DNA of 62,790 nucleotides, filler included, from Rhabdomonas costata (taxonomy: Eukaryota): the NCBI GenBank assembly GCA_019059605.1. It is 48 parts of 48 records of this genome, joined end to end, with 100 filler letters (N's around TTAATTAATTAA, not from the genome) between each part and the next. Parts side by side here need not be neighbours in the genome. Positions count along the whole stretch, not along the records: positions 11,797 to 13,007 come from JAHMHO010023473.1; positions 13,108 to 14,318 come from JAHMHO010023474.1; positions 14,419 to 15,629 come from JAHMHO010023475.1; positions 15,730 to 16,939 come from JAHMHO010023476.1; positions 17,040 to 18,252 come from JAHMHO010023477.1; positions 18,353 to 19,563 come from JAHMHO010023478.1; positions 19,664 to 20,874 come from JAHMHO010023479.1; positions 20,975 to 22,187 come from JAHMHO010023480.1; 40 more parts are not named here. One strand, 5' to 3'. How positions within the stretch are numbered: position 1 is the first letter of the stretch; every line of letters begins with the position of its first letter. Below, one piece after another: positions 12,484 to 24,684 of this stretch. The notes below the pieces were generated by a model. It had not been told where the DNA came from. It ran no database searches and saw only the letters and a program-made list of their open reading frames with translations. A program made the translations under genes and the position numbers.

Positions 12484-14790
12484 GCATGGCCTTGACATCT
12501 CTTTTGTTGGGACAGTGTAAGGAGTGGTTGAGAGGCAATTGATCGTCAGTTTTCAGGAGTAATATGGTGCTTCGCTCAGGCCATGGCGACGGCTGCTAGT
12601 TGCGGGTCGTCACCTTAATCCAGTGTCGGATCGGGGAGAAAACTGCCCACGTTAGGCGGGGCAAACGCCCAACAAATGCCCTGACCTGGTCTCCGCTGGT
12701 TAGTTGGCAGTGTTCTCGCTCAGTGTGGGTCGGCACTTGTAAAGTAGTGTTTGTGTGGAGGGTACCGAGTACCAGAGCCCCAGTGGTACCCGGCATAACT
12801 GTCCAAAACCCCAAAAATAGTAAGTGATCTGACAGTCAATACCTAGGATCTTGGCTCAAGACATCCGGAGTAATCCGGTTCTATTGGAATAGTTCCTCCG
12901 CCTCGTAACCCCCTACAAAAACTTCTGTTGGAATCCAGGGAACACGTGCATCGCCTTCTAACCAGTGGTACTCGGGTACCAACGATGCCGGGTACTCCCC
13001 CCCACCCNNNNNNNNNNNNNNNNNNNNNNNNNNNNNNNNNNNNNNNNNNNNTTAATTAATTAANNNNNNNNNNNNNNNNNNNNNNNNNNNNNNNNNNNNN
13101 NNNNNNNGGGGGTGTTTTTGGTTTCAAACCGATTCCGTGCGATGCGGGTTAGTGTGAACTCTGACCCCGATCTCCGGACTTCATTGGACATGCTATTCCC
13201 TCCACCTCTCCCTACGCAGGTCGCGGTGTTGCGTATCGTGTGCTCCCTATTAACTCCCCTTGCAGAGAAAACCTTGCACTGCATGCAAAAGGGTCAATGT
13301 ACCCAGTCTGGAAGGGGAGACCGGTGGCGGAGTGGGGAATTATTGCTCCCATCTCCCCACAGGAACGACCTCGTTCTCTCTTTCTATCACTGGTTTCGTT
13401 TGCTCCGGCAAGCTGGGGGGTTCAGGGTGGCTGGTGTTATCCTCAGTTACTTCTCAGTCACTCAGTCCTCACTTCCGTTTCTCGTTTCCCTATTCGTGGC
13501 CAGTGATGCTCTCGATGCGCGCATGCCGCGCTCTGTATACCTTCGGCAGCTCCATGCGGAAAGGCTCAAGGGATAAGTAGCCGTGCCAGTCACATACACG
13601 GCATCCCAAACTAATTCCATTGATGTGATGGTTTCAATAATTTGTTGCAAAGTCAAAGCAGATGCGGAGCACTCTTCGATTTCGTGTGCAGAGGCCGGTG
13701 GATTGAGGAATCGTCTCCGCTCATAACAATTGGGAAGAGTGAATTCTCACAGTCATCTTGTTCCCTCTCGAACCTGCAGGGAGCTTCACAGACAACATAC
13801 TTGGCTTTCGCTTTCTCCGTCACTCACAACCACCCACGCGACATCCCATATACTAGAAGCTGAGAGTCAGCTCAACGGGAACAAAGCTACTCATACCTAA
13901 AGCACAAAGGTGGGTGAGTCAACACCCCGCTCGAAGATCTCGCTGAGAGGGGACACAGCGAGCTGTGAGAGACATATTATAGTGCCTGTCACAGTCCATC
14001 GAAACGAAAACCATGAGAGGCATACACGGGTTGGAAAACCAAAACGCACTGCAGATGCGCAGTCAGTTGGATCACTGCCAAAACACACACTCGGGTGTCG
14101 CGGCAATGTTTCAATTCACGGCAACAACATTGACTGCACAAGGACTGGCTGTGGTTTTCGGACTGTTAAACGTTCAGCACTGTTAGACGGCACTGCTGCA
14201 CGGCTTTTTATGGACTACTAAAATTGTTGCTGCAGAGCTTTGGAAGAAGGTGGGACAGGTGTGAGTATTTCAGGGACGGAGGACGGCGCCGCGGCGGCCC
14301 GGACCAGTCCTCAAAACANNNNNNNNNNNNNNNNNNNNNNNNNNNNNNNNNNNNNNNNNNNNTTAATTAATTAANNNNNNNNNNNNNNNNNNNNNNNNNN
14401 NNNNNNNNNNNNNNNNNNTTGGGGTACCGCCGTTGATGGGTGTCCATGTTCCTCCTCAGTGATTGTATGAAGCGGGTATATGCTTTGCACGCTGCCATAC
14501 CTTTTCACTATTTGCGCAGTCTTGCAGGCTCGCTTTCGTTTGAATAATGCAAAAAAGAGCGGGGGGAGGGGGGGACGTGGGATAACCAGAAGCTCCGCAC
14601 ATTTTGGTCACAGGAGAGGAATTCTGGGCATGCATACGGGAACGAGCGTATTGAAGTCGGGAATATGGGAGGAAGCGACGATTGGTGTCTACCTCGGTGT
14701 ACTTTTGTGGGAAGCCCGCTGGATGCAGAAAGACCTCCATAACAGCGATGCTTTGTGCACGTAGTGTGCTTTTATCTATGCATGTGTGCC

Positions 14791-14881
14791 TGTGTGTGTG
14801 TGTGTGTGTGTGTTGCAGACGAGTGGGACTGGGCTTGTATGTGTGCGTTTGCGTTCTGACGTGTGTGTGTGTGTGTGTGTG
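14791..14881. repeat. Two (TG)n microsatellites
   Basis: Directly visible at 14791-14812 and 14861-14881. Confidence 0.9.
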
Positions 14882-16433
14882 CGTTGTGGTTGTGTGTTTG
14901 TACGACCGCAAGTGGAGAGAGAGTGAGATTGTGTGCTGACTGAGAGGACGGCAGGCTTTGCGAGGTGGTTCTTCCTCGCGTCACTCCTCTCCGTTCGCAC
15001 TCGTTTGTCCCCCCCGTTTTTCTGAAGCTGAGCTGAAGGCGTGCCGCTCCCATGGGGTGTGGATATACGGTGAACACGAGACTTTCCTTTCCCTTTCCGG
15101 GGACGCTGGCGCCCTCGATCCCTTTCTTCGACACCCCACTCCCCTGCGCGTGCTCTGCTGTGGAAGCGGTTTCCGTGAGGCTTTGGCTCGAGGGTACCGC
15201 TGCCCGCGTGCCTTGCAGGCGAGTTGTATACAGTGCCGTCTACTTCCACCCCTCTTTCTGTACGTACGTATGCTGCACATTTTTGTGTGCATTTGAAGAA
15301 GACTCTCAAAAAGCATAAAAGATAGCTCTGTCATTTGCATGGTCGAGCTTCGTTTTGGTTTTGTACTTCTGTATTTGCCTTCTGACCTTGCGCTCATGTA
15401 TTATGGGGGGACCCACCATTGATCCATGATACTTCTTCGTTTGATCGCAGCATCGCTGCCTTTCTTCTTTGGTGGGACATCCCCCCTCCTCAGGTCATTT
15501 TGCATTTCTCTGGTTCTCTCTGCTTTTCTCTGCTGTGGAGCTTCTTGCCTTGTTCGTGTTCTGAGTGGGGTTTCTCGCCATTCTATGTCAACCCCAGAAG
15601 CCTGTATATTTGGAATGAAAACAACAAAANNNNNNNNNNNNNNNNNNNNNNNNNNNNNNNNNNNNNNNNNNNNTTAATTAATTAANNNNNNNNNNNNNNN
15701 NNNNNNNNNNNNNNNNNNNNNNNNNNNNNGGGACACCGGTCGTTTCAGCCCCGCCCAGTGATGTGTTCCCCTTGGGTGGTTCCTTTTATAAGGCGGCTTC
15801 AAGCTCCGCAGTGGAGGGATTCTCGAGGGCACCCACAACCTAAGCAAAATCCCCAGAAACCCTCACTGTCTTTCTTGAAGCAGGAGTCCAAGCAAGTGGC
15901 TCGTGGCCCCCAGAGCACACAAGAACGCAATGCTCTCTTTCGAAGAGATGTATTTTCTGTAGAAATTTCAACTTTCTTTGATGGCTTGCCGCGTGGTTTC
16001 GGCTGTTTCTTTTCCTTTGGGTCACCCTTCTTTTTAGGCTCTCATTTGGTTTTGGTGGAGGAATATGAGATACAAACTCTTGGCTGGTGTTCATGCATTT
16101 GTATCAGCTAGCATGTTCTTATTGATAATATCTAGTGGGCTTGCATTCACCTTTCAACTTTACCATCAAAATTGCATGTCATAAGATATTGACAATTTGA
16201 ACTTGTGGAGAATTTGCGACGTAGTGTTCAAATGTCTCTAGCACGACTGTCAAAAAGGGATAAGACAAATACATAAAACCCATTTTGAGGCTCGGTAATC
16301 TTGTAACTGTAATATGATGATGATGATAACTGTGAGATGATATGACAAAAATTACCGACGGTTTTACGTTTTATGTTGTTTTAAAAAACCAACCGTTGGG
16401 TGTCACACTTACTTTTATCCACATAAGCCCTAT

Positions 16434-16845
16434 ATGGATAGCGCATTATTTCTTTTAAAGGACGATCTGACAACATTTGTTCAACCTGATGAACAACTCA
16501 GAGATACTACTTATAAATTTGTTTATTATAGTGCGTTGCCAAATTACGGCACACAAGGTTTTATAATTACAGATACAGATAATGCAAATACTCCAATCCC
16601 AGATTATGTAAATGCAGTCGTTTTTGTTGGATCTTTCTCCAGCATTCCCTTTTTCAGTGTCTGGAGTATATAAAAATGGTCAAACGTTTCGTATAGTGGA
16701 TAAAAACGGGGCAATGGGTAACAATAGTATCGTATTGTGTAAAGGTAGTAATAATAGAATTGAAGGACTTGACACAAAAACATACAATACACCATGGTTG
16801 TGCCGTGAATTTATGTGTATTGGGGATGGATTAAATGGAAATTTA
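16434..16845 (+). pseudogene. AT-rich intronless ORF with one frameshift (about 16650); virus fibre/baseplate-like beta-sandwich protein
   Basis: Two overlapping frames join to ...NGQTFRIVDKNGAMGNNSIVL...RIEGLDT, resembling the G..h.I.D..G...NN.T.....IDG motif of phage/virus fibre proteins. Base composition is unlike the host exons. Confidence 0.45.
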
Positions 16846-17208
16846 CGGCACAACCATGGTGTATTGTATGTTTTTGTGTCAAGTCCTTCAATTCTATTAT
16901 TACTACCTTTACACAATACGATACTATTGTTACCCACCANNNNNNNNNNNNNNNNNNNNNNNNNNNNNNNNNNNNNNNNNNNNTTAATTAATTAANNNNN
17001 NNNNNNNNNNNNNNNNNNNNNNNNNNNNNNNNNNNNNNNGGGTGTGGGGGCGCATCAGAATACCCCCTTTCAGGGTTGCAGCGAGTAGGCAAGACGGGAC
17101 CAACCAACTCAAACAAAAGCAAAAACAAAACACAGCCTCCACATGTCAACAGCCTGCGGCGCACATAAATTACAGGCATACTCACACATACACATTCAGA
17201 AACACATG

Positions 17209-17330
<122 letters not shown>

Positions 17331-17343
17331 CAACACAACACAG

Positions 17344-17630
17344 GCTGGTGCAAGCACTGCCACCGCTTCCAGAACCTCCAAGTCCACCACACCGTCACCG
17401 CGCTTCCTCCGGTGCTCGTGCTGAACCTCAACCAGACGGAGGAGCTCCTGCAGCTCCATCTCCACCAGGAGGGAGGGGTTGCCGGAAACACAAACTCCCC
17501 ATCTGAGGCTGTGCTGTGGGGTCGAGGGGCCGCCGACCCCACGGCCTCGCCGGGGGCTGCAGATCCCTCGCTGCTGTCCGGCACCGGAGGAGCCGAGCCC
17601 GCATGGGGGCTCTTGAGGGGTCGCCGGCAG
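17344..17630 (+). CDS. PAN2: PAN2 poly(A) ribonuclease UCH-like domain exon (alternative: a USP-family deubiquitinase)
   Basis: GWCKHCHRFQNLQVHHTVTALPPVLVLNL matches the PAN2 pattern (A/G)WC..C..YQ......I..LP.VL.IN. The 3' boundary is uncertain (candidate CAG|GCACCC). Confidence 0.65.
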
Positions 17631-19793
17631 GCACCCCCCATGAAGTGTGTCGGGGGAAGGGGTGTGGGTTTCATCCCTCGCAGCAACCGCGGAGCTGGGG
17701 ATCCTCATATTTTCTTGCTCGCAACATACGAAAAGAATGTATACCGCGCAGCACGCCCCCTTCCCCTGTATGTAGCACCACCCGGCACTTCTTTCTTTCC
17801 TCTTCTCAGTCGCGCTTGCCACCCTGATCGTCACACTTCACCCTACCCCCTGCTCCTTTTCTGTTTTTGCATCGCCCATCCTCCCAGCCCCGATTTTCAC
17901 GCAACAATTGCCACCCGTCAAGCCGCCCTGCGAAGAAGTGCCTATTTTCCCTTGCCCTTCCCTTCCCTTTGCCAATCTCTACTGCTCCGGTGTGCTTTTG
18001 TGTCCACGTCGCCGCAACAGTCGTGCAAACCATTGCTGCCAAAAAGAACCCGAATAAACGCGAGAAAACCTGATAAATAACGCTGAGACCTCAGGGGCCT
18101 CTCAGCCGAACTTTTGTCCATAACCCACTGTAGACGCCTCGGAATGCACATTCCACAGCCGCACATGCAACGGAAGCACAGACAGCTTCACCAACACACC
18201 AAGCATTATCAAGAACGCCACACACGACACTTCCACTGCACCCAATCCACACNNNNNNNNNNNNNNNNNNNNNNNNNNNNNNNNNNNNNNNNNNNNTTAA
18301 TTAATTAANNNNNNNNNNNNNNNNNNNNNNNNNNNNNNNNNNNNNNNNNNNNTGTTTGTGCGTTGGCCCGGGCGTAGTGCCCCGGCGCTGGCCCTCAATC
18401 AACTGACTTCGATCTGCTTTTTTGTGTTTGTGCGCTGGCCCGGGCGGTGTGCCCCGGCAATGGATTTTTTATGGGTTGAAGGCGCTTCATGGCTGGCCTG
18501 TCTGTAGGTTTGCATGCCACCTGCTGGTTGTTGTATGGCGCGCGTCATGTCAAAAGTGAGAGTTACAGCCGAAGCGACAATTCTGCAAAAACTGAACCTC
18601 ACTGGCGAGATGTGATGACCCTCATCAGGTCCTTTTAATCTCCAAAAAAGGCTGAAATATTCCTGAAACATCCCATAAAGTCGCGCACCGTTAGAGAAAA
18701 CCATCCCACCGAAAAAACCACTGGTTCTGTGCCAGGAAGTTGCCGAAGAGCGCTTTCGAAGGAAACTTTCGTTTGATGTAAATGTCAAAGACCAGGTCGG
18801 GACACAATCAGAATAGTGCATACATTACTCAACAAACAAACAAAAGAAAAAATGCATTTTAAGACTGCATCTTGCTTACGCCCTGGAAAACAAATACAGA
18901 CCTGGAAACATGGTAATTATGTCTCTATATCGCCTTTTCAGTGCGCCGTTTGCAAAGATATCTGCTCCTAATACCAAAGCACGCTCTTCCTAGGAAATAT
19001 CACTGTAAGTTGAAATCGCCTCCTTTAGATTCCATCTCAAAAGACTCTCCCTTTTAAGGTGGCGTGGGGCAATATCGGACTTCAAAGTGAGACCTAATGA
19101 CACAGTGGAGTCGATTTTGATGCATTGGCGATAACTTTAGAGGAAGTCCTCACCGAACGGGGCAGTGTCGGGAGTGTCTTGGAAGTTGCAGGTGTGCACT
19201 CCTTCTTCTCGGAGGCGACATACCAGTTTTTCGCCACGCACTCTTATCACTGATATTTTCAAATTCTCTGCCTTTGTGGCAGCATTTTTCGTGTGTATTC
19301 TGTCTATATTCCCACCCATATCGATGGCCGTGCCATTCACACTCCATTTTTGCTGATCGTCGTGCGTCGCTTTGAACCAGGCCTCAGATTGATTTGCAGG
19401 TCGCGTGCTGCTTCCCATATTATACGAGTGCACATGAATGCTTACCCTACTGCAAAAGGAAGTATTCGGTGTTGGTGGATGTAATCAAAGCATGTGGAGT
19501 TGCAAAAGGGCACGTGTTAGTGGTTGCTGCTGTACAATAGACTTTGATTACATCCAACAACACNNNNNNNNNNNNNNNNNNNNNNNNNNNNNNNNNNNNN
19601 NNNNNNNTTAATTAATTAANNNNNNNNNNNNNNNNNNNNNNNNNNNNNNNNNNNNNNNNNNNNTTGTTTGGGGGTTTTGGGTATAGGGGTAGGTTGGTAT
19701 ACTATGATGCATCTGGCTATATATAGGGCTACAGGGCTCTCCGAGGCTCAAATACTACAAAAAAGTTCCACTGGAGAAAAGAATTGTGCAGAC

Positions 19794-20446
19794 CATCGAG
19801 TAGCACTCGCCGACACCCATCGCTCCCATCAAAATAGCCGTGGAGACCCGGAGGACCTGTAAAGACGGGGCAACCCAAAACCGAGTCATATAACTGAACG
19901 GCAACGAGTACCCGAACCTCATATGATGCAGTGTCCGGGCCCAGACGCACTTTTTTTGGAGGCGATTCCAGCCTAATTCGCATTGCACCCAAGAAGCGAG
20001 GCAAGGCAGACAGACAGAACTTTGAAAGTGATCGAGGAACTGCATGCAGGCAAGCGACGGTGCGGAGGAGGGAATGGCCAAAGACCAGCATTGTCATTGT
20101 TGGAATGGCAGATATCATCTTCTCTTAGAAGCTTCCTGTTCTCTTCTTTCAACCACTGCAAAAGGAACGATGTGGCAACCCCCTGCAGTCTCCTTCTCGC
20201 CTGTGGCATCATCAAACACCCGAAGTGAGGCAACCCAACCGTCATCCTCACCTACCTACCACCTACTCTGCTCTCTCAAACCCCCAACAGAAAGAGTCCA
20301 CTGCCCAGGATGCACGAGAAGGCACGTGCACCTCAGCAAAGTCTGCCTCGCGGGAGGAGATCAGCTGCCCCCCGTACCACAGCGAGAGGGAAAACGCCCC
20401 GAAGATCAGGAACTGCGAGAACCCAAAGGCCAGGCCTCCGGTGATC
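19794..20446 (-). CDS. ABCB/P-glycoprotein (MDR) transporter, TMD exons 20446-20332 and 19856-19794
   Basis: ITGGLAFGFSQFLIFGAFSLSLWYGGQLISSREADFAE|VLRVSTAILMGAMGVGECYSM. GT-AG intron 19857-20331 joins the exons in frame. Confidence 0.9.
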
Positions 20447-20974
20447 CTGGAAAGACGTCGAGAGAGAGGGGGGGGGAGGCGCAACTCCTGATGCCCTGAG
20501 ACGTGAACCAGGCAATCCAGAGATTTCATTTGAAAGACCACAAATACAGGAGGCCACAGACCTCAGAAAGCGAACACAGCAGTAATCCTAACCCACAACA
20601 TTCCAAAGTTGCTATTCCTGCAACACACAGCAGGACAGAGACAATGCTCAGTTTCTCGAATGCGTACGCAACGGTTATTCTTCATGCGTCCTATTCTCTG
20701 CCAAAGACATCAAAGATAAAAGACCTTCACGAAACAGACATCTCTCCCACGGCATTCAAAAAATCAGCGTGCACCTGACACTGTGCGTTGCGTACAGTCC
20801 GTAAGCTCTCGCATGTGTAACCTCCACCGGGCTCAAAGGGAAGCTAAGAAGTTACTCGAGAGGACCCCACACAANNNNNNNNNNNNNNNNNNNNNNNNNN
20901 NNNNNNNNNNNNNNNNNNTTAATTAATTAANNNNNNNNNNNNNNNNNNNNNNNNNNNNNNNNNNNNNNNNNNNN

Positions 20975-21447
20975 CTGGGGTGGGCCTGGGCCTGCAGCCG
21001 CGGCAGCAGCAGCTGGGTGAGGTAGAAGTGCCCAAAGTGGTTCGTCCCGATCTGGCTCTCAAACCCCTGCACGGTGTACCCCAGGGGGCACGCCATCACT
21101 CCGGCGTTCAGCACCAAAAAGTCGATCCTGGGCTCCGACTGCAGCAGGTCCTCCGCAAAGGACTGCACCTGTCGCAGGTCAGCCAGGTCCAGCCGCTTCA
21201 CCACGACCTGGGCATCAGGGACGGCATACCCCGATGCCCCGTTGACCCGGATCGAGGTGTCCAGGGCCTGCACCCCGGCCTCCACGCTGCGGCTGCACAG
21301 CACGACACGGGCCCCGGCCAGGGCAAGGGCCTTGACCGTCTCCGCGCCGATCCCGGAGTTGCCCCCCGTGACCACCGCGGTCTTCCCGGTGAGGTTCACA
21401 CCGAAAAACTCGATGACCTCCTTCGCGGTGGTCTTCTTTCCCAGCAT
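20975..21447 (-). CDS. Short-chain dehydrogenase/reductase, retinol dehydrogenase/WWOX-like, N-terminal part
   Basis: TGGNSGIG Rossmann motif, LDLADL, LNAGVM and FESQIGTNHFGHF. Truncated by the contig end. Confidence 0.95.
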
Positions 21448-21885
21448 TGTTTTTGTGTGCTTCTCTTTGCTATTTGCTGCTAACGTCCAGTTCAAAGAAC
21501 AGAGACTGCAGAGGGCTGTGAGACCCGCAGACGTAGCTCCTAGGTCCTGCTGACAGGCTCTTGGTGCAGGCTTGCTTTGAAGGTAATGCATCAAGTCTAA
21601 TCTGCGAGCTTCTTCTTCTACATAACACAAATACCCCGCAAATTGAAAACCTCACCTCCTCTCTCTAATCAGAAACGAAACGACTTCGGCAATTGAAGAA
21701 GGGATCAAAATAGTAGTGGGGTAGCCCCTCCACCCGAAAGACTCATGAAAACACCTCTGACGAATAGGTCTGCCCAAAACCTCTTACACGTCAGCACATT
21801 CACTATCCTATCCAAAATAGGAAGTGGCTAGGCTTCTGGTAGCTCCATACCGCTTCGAAATAGGAATGAACTTCGACGCGACCTT

Positions 21886-21950
21886 CACACACACGCGCAC
21901 ACGCACACACACACACGCACACGCACACGCACACGCACACACACACACAC
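21886..21950. repeat. (CA)n/(CACGCA)n microsatellite
   Basis: Directly visible. Confidence 0.9.
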
Positions 21951-22495
21951 GTACACCACACGAGACTACTTCGAACCTTTCTCACGGAAACAATCGAGTG
22001 AACGAGTATGCCGCTGGCATACCATCATACGCTGGAAAGATCGTTCCTGCTGGCCCATGCGGACACATCCACACGACTGGCAGAGAGAGAGAGAGTTGTG
22101 CTTGGTTAAGTCGGGAAAGAACTCAATGGACATTGGAAGGCCACGCCCTTGCCGAGTCCTTGGGGACGTCACGTTCACAGCTCCACCNNNNNNNNNNNNN
22201 NNNNNNNNNNNNNNNNNNNNNNNNNNNNNNNTTAATTAATTAANNNNNNNNNNNNNNNNNNNNNNNNNNNNNNNNNNNNNNNNNNNNATATCGGGTTGCA
22301 TCTTCTTCATTGATGTTGCCGGTCACAAATTTAATGCTCGGGATTATGGTTTTTCTAGTGCCACAAAAAAAAGGTGCCGGCGATTGCAGTAGGCGCAGTT
22401 GGGGGAAAGGAGTGCATACATACTCCCCAGAGCCATCGAAACCACAGCGTTGGAAGCAAGGGGCTGGGCACCCCACAGGGGCCTCCATAATTCAC

Positions 22496-22609
22496 CGACG
22501 GAAAGCCGTGCGCACTTCGCACGACGCGGACCACTCTAAGCGGGGTCCCAGCTGCACCGCCATCAGGAGGCTCCCCGGGGAGAAGGCGTCGATAGAACTC
22601 CGCAACATT
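22496..22609 (-). CDS. Probable internal exon, unknown protein
   Basis: GC-rich 114-nt block between CTCAG| and |GTGAAT, open frame NVAEFYRRLLPGEPP...HGFPS. Confidence 0.4.
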
Positions 22610-24567
22610 CTGAGCAAATAACATATGCGGGGAAGCACCAGACCTGTGGTGAAATTCAATAATTTTGACTTTGGCATTTTTCGACCACTGAAATACTGCT
22701 GGCAGGAAAGACGCTGCATCGCAGTTAGCAAATGCAAAAACTATTCTTATTAAGCACAGTTAACAGAAGTCGTTTTACCCTATATTGTGCGCAGTGTGCC
22801 TTTTTTTCGCACGCATCATGTTTCCGATGTAGCCTGCTATTTCAATCACAACGCGCACACAGCAAGTGGCCACATCCTAATGACTTCGAACACCGAATCG
22901 GAAACCGAAATGAAATACTGCGGTTGTTGCGGATTGTCACCGAATGAATACTGCTATAATCAGTCTGACTAACGCCGGAGCACTCACAACATTCTATGAA
23001 AAACAGCAGAGCACCGTTCAGCACAAAGAAAAACGGGACAGTGCATCGCTGCAAACCTCGACACAGCCGTGACGGTACACCTCATCAGCGGTGCCCTGGA
23101 AAAGAAAAACTCGTGCATGCTGAAGATTCTCCAGCGGGTCAATTTCACCTGTCGCAGAGTTTGGACAAGACATCGGTTACAACGCGCTGGTTGTCTAAGC
23201 TCAGACAGCGTGAGGTTTTCCTTCAGCAAAACGCAGCGTCATGTGACTGTTCGAATTCCTACTTCTAAAGAATAAGGTTATCAAGCCAAGCACGCGCACG
23301 CACATGCAATAGCATAACAGTCTCTTACAACGGAAGAAGTGGACAGGGTGGGCGCAAAACCTTTCCGCGCTTTCTCAGCAGCATATTCCAAAAGGGTAGT
23401 CACATTGATCAAGCCCGGCTTAGTCTTGCACCTGAAGGGTGTGAAAACCAACAGATAATTTATAACTGAAGTCCTGGGAACGCTCCAAAACAACCACCNN
23501 NNNNNNNNNNNNNNNNNNNNNNNNNNNNNNNNNNNNNNNNNNTTAATTAATTAANNNNNNNNNNNNNNNNNNNNNNNNNNNNNNNNNNNNNNNNNNNNTT
23601 TTGGTTTTATATTCCTCTGCCCGCCTGTCATTGATTATGGATATGGGGCCTCGTCCAAGCAGCAAGAAATCAGACGAACCCGGCAACGCTTGAATTTGCC
23701 CCTCCCATCGATTGTGCTTGAGAGGCCCGTCTTACCATCAGACAAGTTGAGAATATGTGTGCAATAGTCGTAACCCAAAAGACCCAAAAAGAATGCTCGA
23801 TGTGGTCCTGTGATCGGTCTATAGTCGCACTGTGGGCCCCTTATTTCGGGGTATTGTCCCAATATTTTTTGGGATGCTTTTCGCACCGCTGCACGGGTAT
23901 GACAATCATGACTCCGTGTAAATTTCTTTATGTCCATCTACAGGCACTGGCTCAGTCAGAGATCCCCACTGACTGTACGAATTTTCACCAGTTTTTGAAA
24001 CCTTGAAAAATTTTACCAATTTCTGCGAATTTTTATGAGTCGAGAAATTGAAGAAAAACAAATTTTACGTATTGTAAAGCTAGTAACACCCCGAAACTGA
24101 GAATTTAGTGTGACATTTTGAAGAGAAGTCTTTTTAGGCTATATGATGTGATGTGCGGTGGTTAAAAACTCTCAGTTTACAGTGTTGCTTGAAAAAGTAT
24201 AATACTTTCCAGTGCTGTGTGTCCCCGTAACCAGTATTGGGCTCCTGTAATTTGTGTGTGCTGGAACACATCACCTTGGGTAGTGCAGGGCAGAGCTGTG
24301 AAAAAATATGAATTTCTACAGTAAGAGTAAACAGAATGAAATCCGAATTTAGCGAAATTAAACTATCTCCCCACCGAAAAATTCGTATTTCACGATTCTT
24401 TTTTTTGCGGATTTTTACAGACCATTTTACAAACCCTTAAACCTAAAAAAGATGTTTGGATCGCGAAGAATGGAAGAATGGATCTCTCCGCTGCTCTGGG
24501 GCAAGAAGTGATACAACTTCGAAACTACTGTGTACATTGTTGCATTGCTGGCCTTCGTTTTGTGCAG

Positions 24568-24684
24568 GAAACTATCGCAGACACGAAGCAGATTTGCGAT
24601 GCCGTAGAAAACAAAAGATTTGCGCTGCGGGTGCGACTTGCTGAGCTTCGCTTCCAGCTGGACCTGTTGCAGCCCATTATTCAG
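24568..24684 (+). CDS. Coiled-coil exon, unknown protein
   Basis: TTTTGTGCAG| acceptor; ETIADTKQICDAVENKRFALRVRLAELRFQLDLLQPIIQ; candidate CAG|GCATCC donor. Confidence 0.5.

Noticed and set aside
13260-13720. Possible decayed tyrosine recombinase (QSGRG, SSMRKG, GRW fragments)
   Set aside because: The motifs are in different frames with wrong spacing; not supportable without a profile search.
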